Shown: positions 62,401 to 64,000 of the stretch, in pieces
How positions within the stretch are numbered: position 1 is the first letter of the stretch
Layout: every line of letters starts with the position of its first letter
Assembly: GCA_013239625.1 (NCBI GenBank)
Contig: MU053334.1
Coordinates: forward strand, 1 to 64,000
DNA: 64,000 nt
Direction: 5' to 3'
Origin: Lama guanicoe
Lineage: Eukaryota
The notes under the pieces: model-generated
The model's database searches: none
Told to the model about the DNA's origin: nothing
What the model saw: the letters and a program-made list of their open reading frames with translations, nothing else
Made by a program: the position numbers and the translations under genes

Positions 62401-62784
62401 TGTCCCTCAAGAGGGTGGTTCTGGAGGTTCCGGTCCTGATGTCCCAGGGTCTGACCACAACACCCGTGCCTGCCCAGGGCTGCCTTCAGCTTGGCGGACA
62501 TCCGGCAGGCCGTCCCAGGAGCCCTGCATATCCTGGCACTCTGAGATACACAGGGAAAAAAAAGAGTTCCCTCCAAGAGAGCATCTGGGCCTACCCGAGC
62601 CCCCTCATGGGAGCAGCGAAGTCCTCTGACTGTCCCCCATTTCCCCCTCCCACCCCACTGCTGGGTGCAGACCGGCAAGCCCAGTCCATCGGGAAGCCCT
62701 GGCCTCCCACCCACCTAGGCGAGCACCCTTGACCCTGTATGGCCGTCCCCTGCCGGACAGAGAAGGGTCACTGAGGGGCCAGGG

Positions 62785-62890
62785 CGGTCGCGCAGCCCAG
62801 GGACAGATCAGCCGCTGTCACACGCACAGTGGGTCCGAAGCAGCGCAATGTGCAGTGGGCAGTGGCTGCCCTGCGCCTGGAGGGACCGCC
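62785..62890 (-). ncRNA. MIR210: microRNA-210 precursor (mature 3p at 62829-62808; 5p at 62867-62846)
   Basis: Exact CUGUGCGUGUGACAGCGGCUGA with a complementary 5p arm forming a hairpin. Confidence 0.97.
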
Positions 62891-62949
62891 GGCAGGGCGG
62901 AGGGGTCGTCCCCCACCCCCGACCCCTTCCTCCCCTCCAAACTGGCTGT

Positions 62950-63680
62950 AAGAGCCCGCTGCCCTTGCTCGGCCCGAGGTCCCGCCCGCCAGCCTGGGAC
63001 CCCCTCGCGCGTCACCTGCGACCCTGGCGCGGGGCCGTCGCCGGCTCTCGGCCCAACTTCGGTGGTGGCCGCGGCCCCCTCGCGCCCCCCGTCAGCCCCG
63101 CGCCCCGCGCCCCGCGCCCGGCCCGTATGCAAATACAGAACTCCCGCAGCCAATGGCAGGCCGAGCCGGGCCCGCCCTGCCGCGTCGCAGCCAGTGGGCG
63201 CGAGCCGGGTACGGGTCGCCACACCCACCGCCGCGCGGCCCCTCGCGGGCGCGGCCGGCGCGTTCTTTTCCGCACGTCGGCCTCGGGGCGGGGCCGCCAC
63301 CTGCCGGGCGGGGCCTGCGGGCGCCGCGCTGCCGCCTGGCCCCGAAGCCGCTCCCCCGCCGGCAGAAGCGGGTGGTACGACCCTGGGCGCTACCTCGAGG
63401 GCCCCCGCGGTGGAACAGCCCAGTCGCCTCCTCGCCGCCGGATCCCGCCGGGCTCCCGGGCACGTAGCCCGGGCATCGCCCTCAAGATCACCTGCTGCCC
63501 GCACGCCCTGCACCCACTCCGGGCGGTCCGGCTGGCGGGAGGGGGCTCACACAGGCCGACCCGGGGGACTCCTGGTCACTCCTGTGGGACCTGCCGCCAT
63601 TAAAGGCTCTAGTGCGAGTCCGGAGCGTCGACCGCACCGGGCGCAGGACCCTGGGCGGCTCGTCCGCATCGTTTGCCTCA
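62950..63680 (-). promoter_or_regulatory. MIR210 host-gene CpG-island promoter with hypoxia response elements
   Basis: Minus-strand ACGTG cores at 63273-63277 and 63461-63465 (TACGTGCC), octamer ATGCAAAT at 63127-63134, CCAAT at 63150-63154, and a minus-strand donor CAG|gtgac at about 63015. Confidence 0.75.
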
Positions 63681-64000
63681 TCCTATTCTGGCATTCAAAA
63701 GGGGTAAATCAAGGGAACAGACTGTTTCAGATCTGGAGTTACCAACTTCTGGTGGCGCCCCCTTCTCTTCACACTCTCCTCCTGGCCTCCGGAGGCCGAA
63801 TTATGGGTCACTGGGACCCCTAATTGGGCAGAGAGGTGCCTGATCCCCTTTGTTCCCGGCACAGAGGTTCTCATAAGACGCTTGTGTCCCTCGCCTCAAA
63901 TAAGCAAGCGCTCCCCTCTTCCCCAACCTCCCACAAATCAACCAGAGTCTCTGGCATCTGCCTCAGAGCCTGGTCTTCCCTGGAGGACCCCATTCTCCTG

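Noticed and set aside
62729..63823. 364-aa and other overlapping ORFs across the MIR210 promoter
   Set aside because: Stop-poor CpG-island sequence open in several frames on both strands, with Ala/Arg/Pro/Gly composition.

Overview
A GC-rich mammalian genomic window, probably camelid (it carries a Vic-1-type tRNA-derived SINE), syntenic with the human 11p15.5 HRAS cluster. Intact spliced genes reconstructed by hand with GT-AG boundaries are HRAS (-, 189 aa), LRRC56 (+, 552 aa), LMNTD2 (-, 649 aa) and RASSF7 (+, 359 aa), followed by the miR-210 hairpin (-) and its HRE-bearing CpG-island promoter. The first ~20 kb is mostly repeats: LINE-1 copies, a MER21-like LTR, a SINE and a tailless 5S rRNA retrocopy. 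Between the repeats and the HRAS 3' end lies an intron-containing, multiply disabled USP6NL/TBC1D26-like Rab-GAP pseudogene, tail-to-tail with HRAS. The most unusual signal is a remodelled HRAS alternative exon IDX: it has no stop codon in any frame and has a second acceptor giving a 75-nt in-frame cassette, and the 3'-UTR intron appears to be lost. Together these could turn an NMD poison exon into a coding exon. No CRISPR or prokaryotic systems are present. Comparisons with human and mouse are from recall, not from alignments run here.
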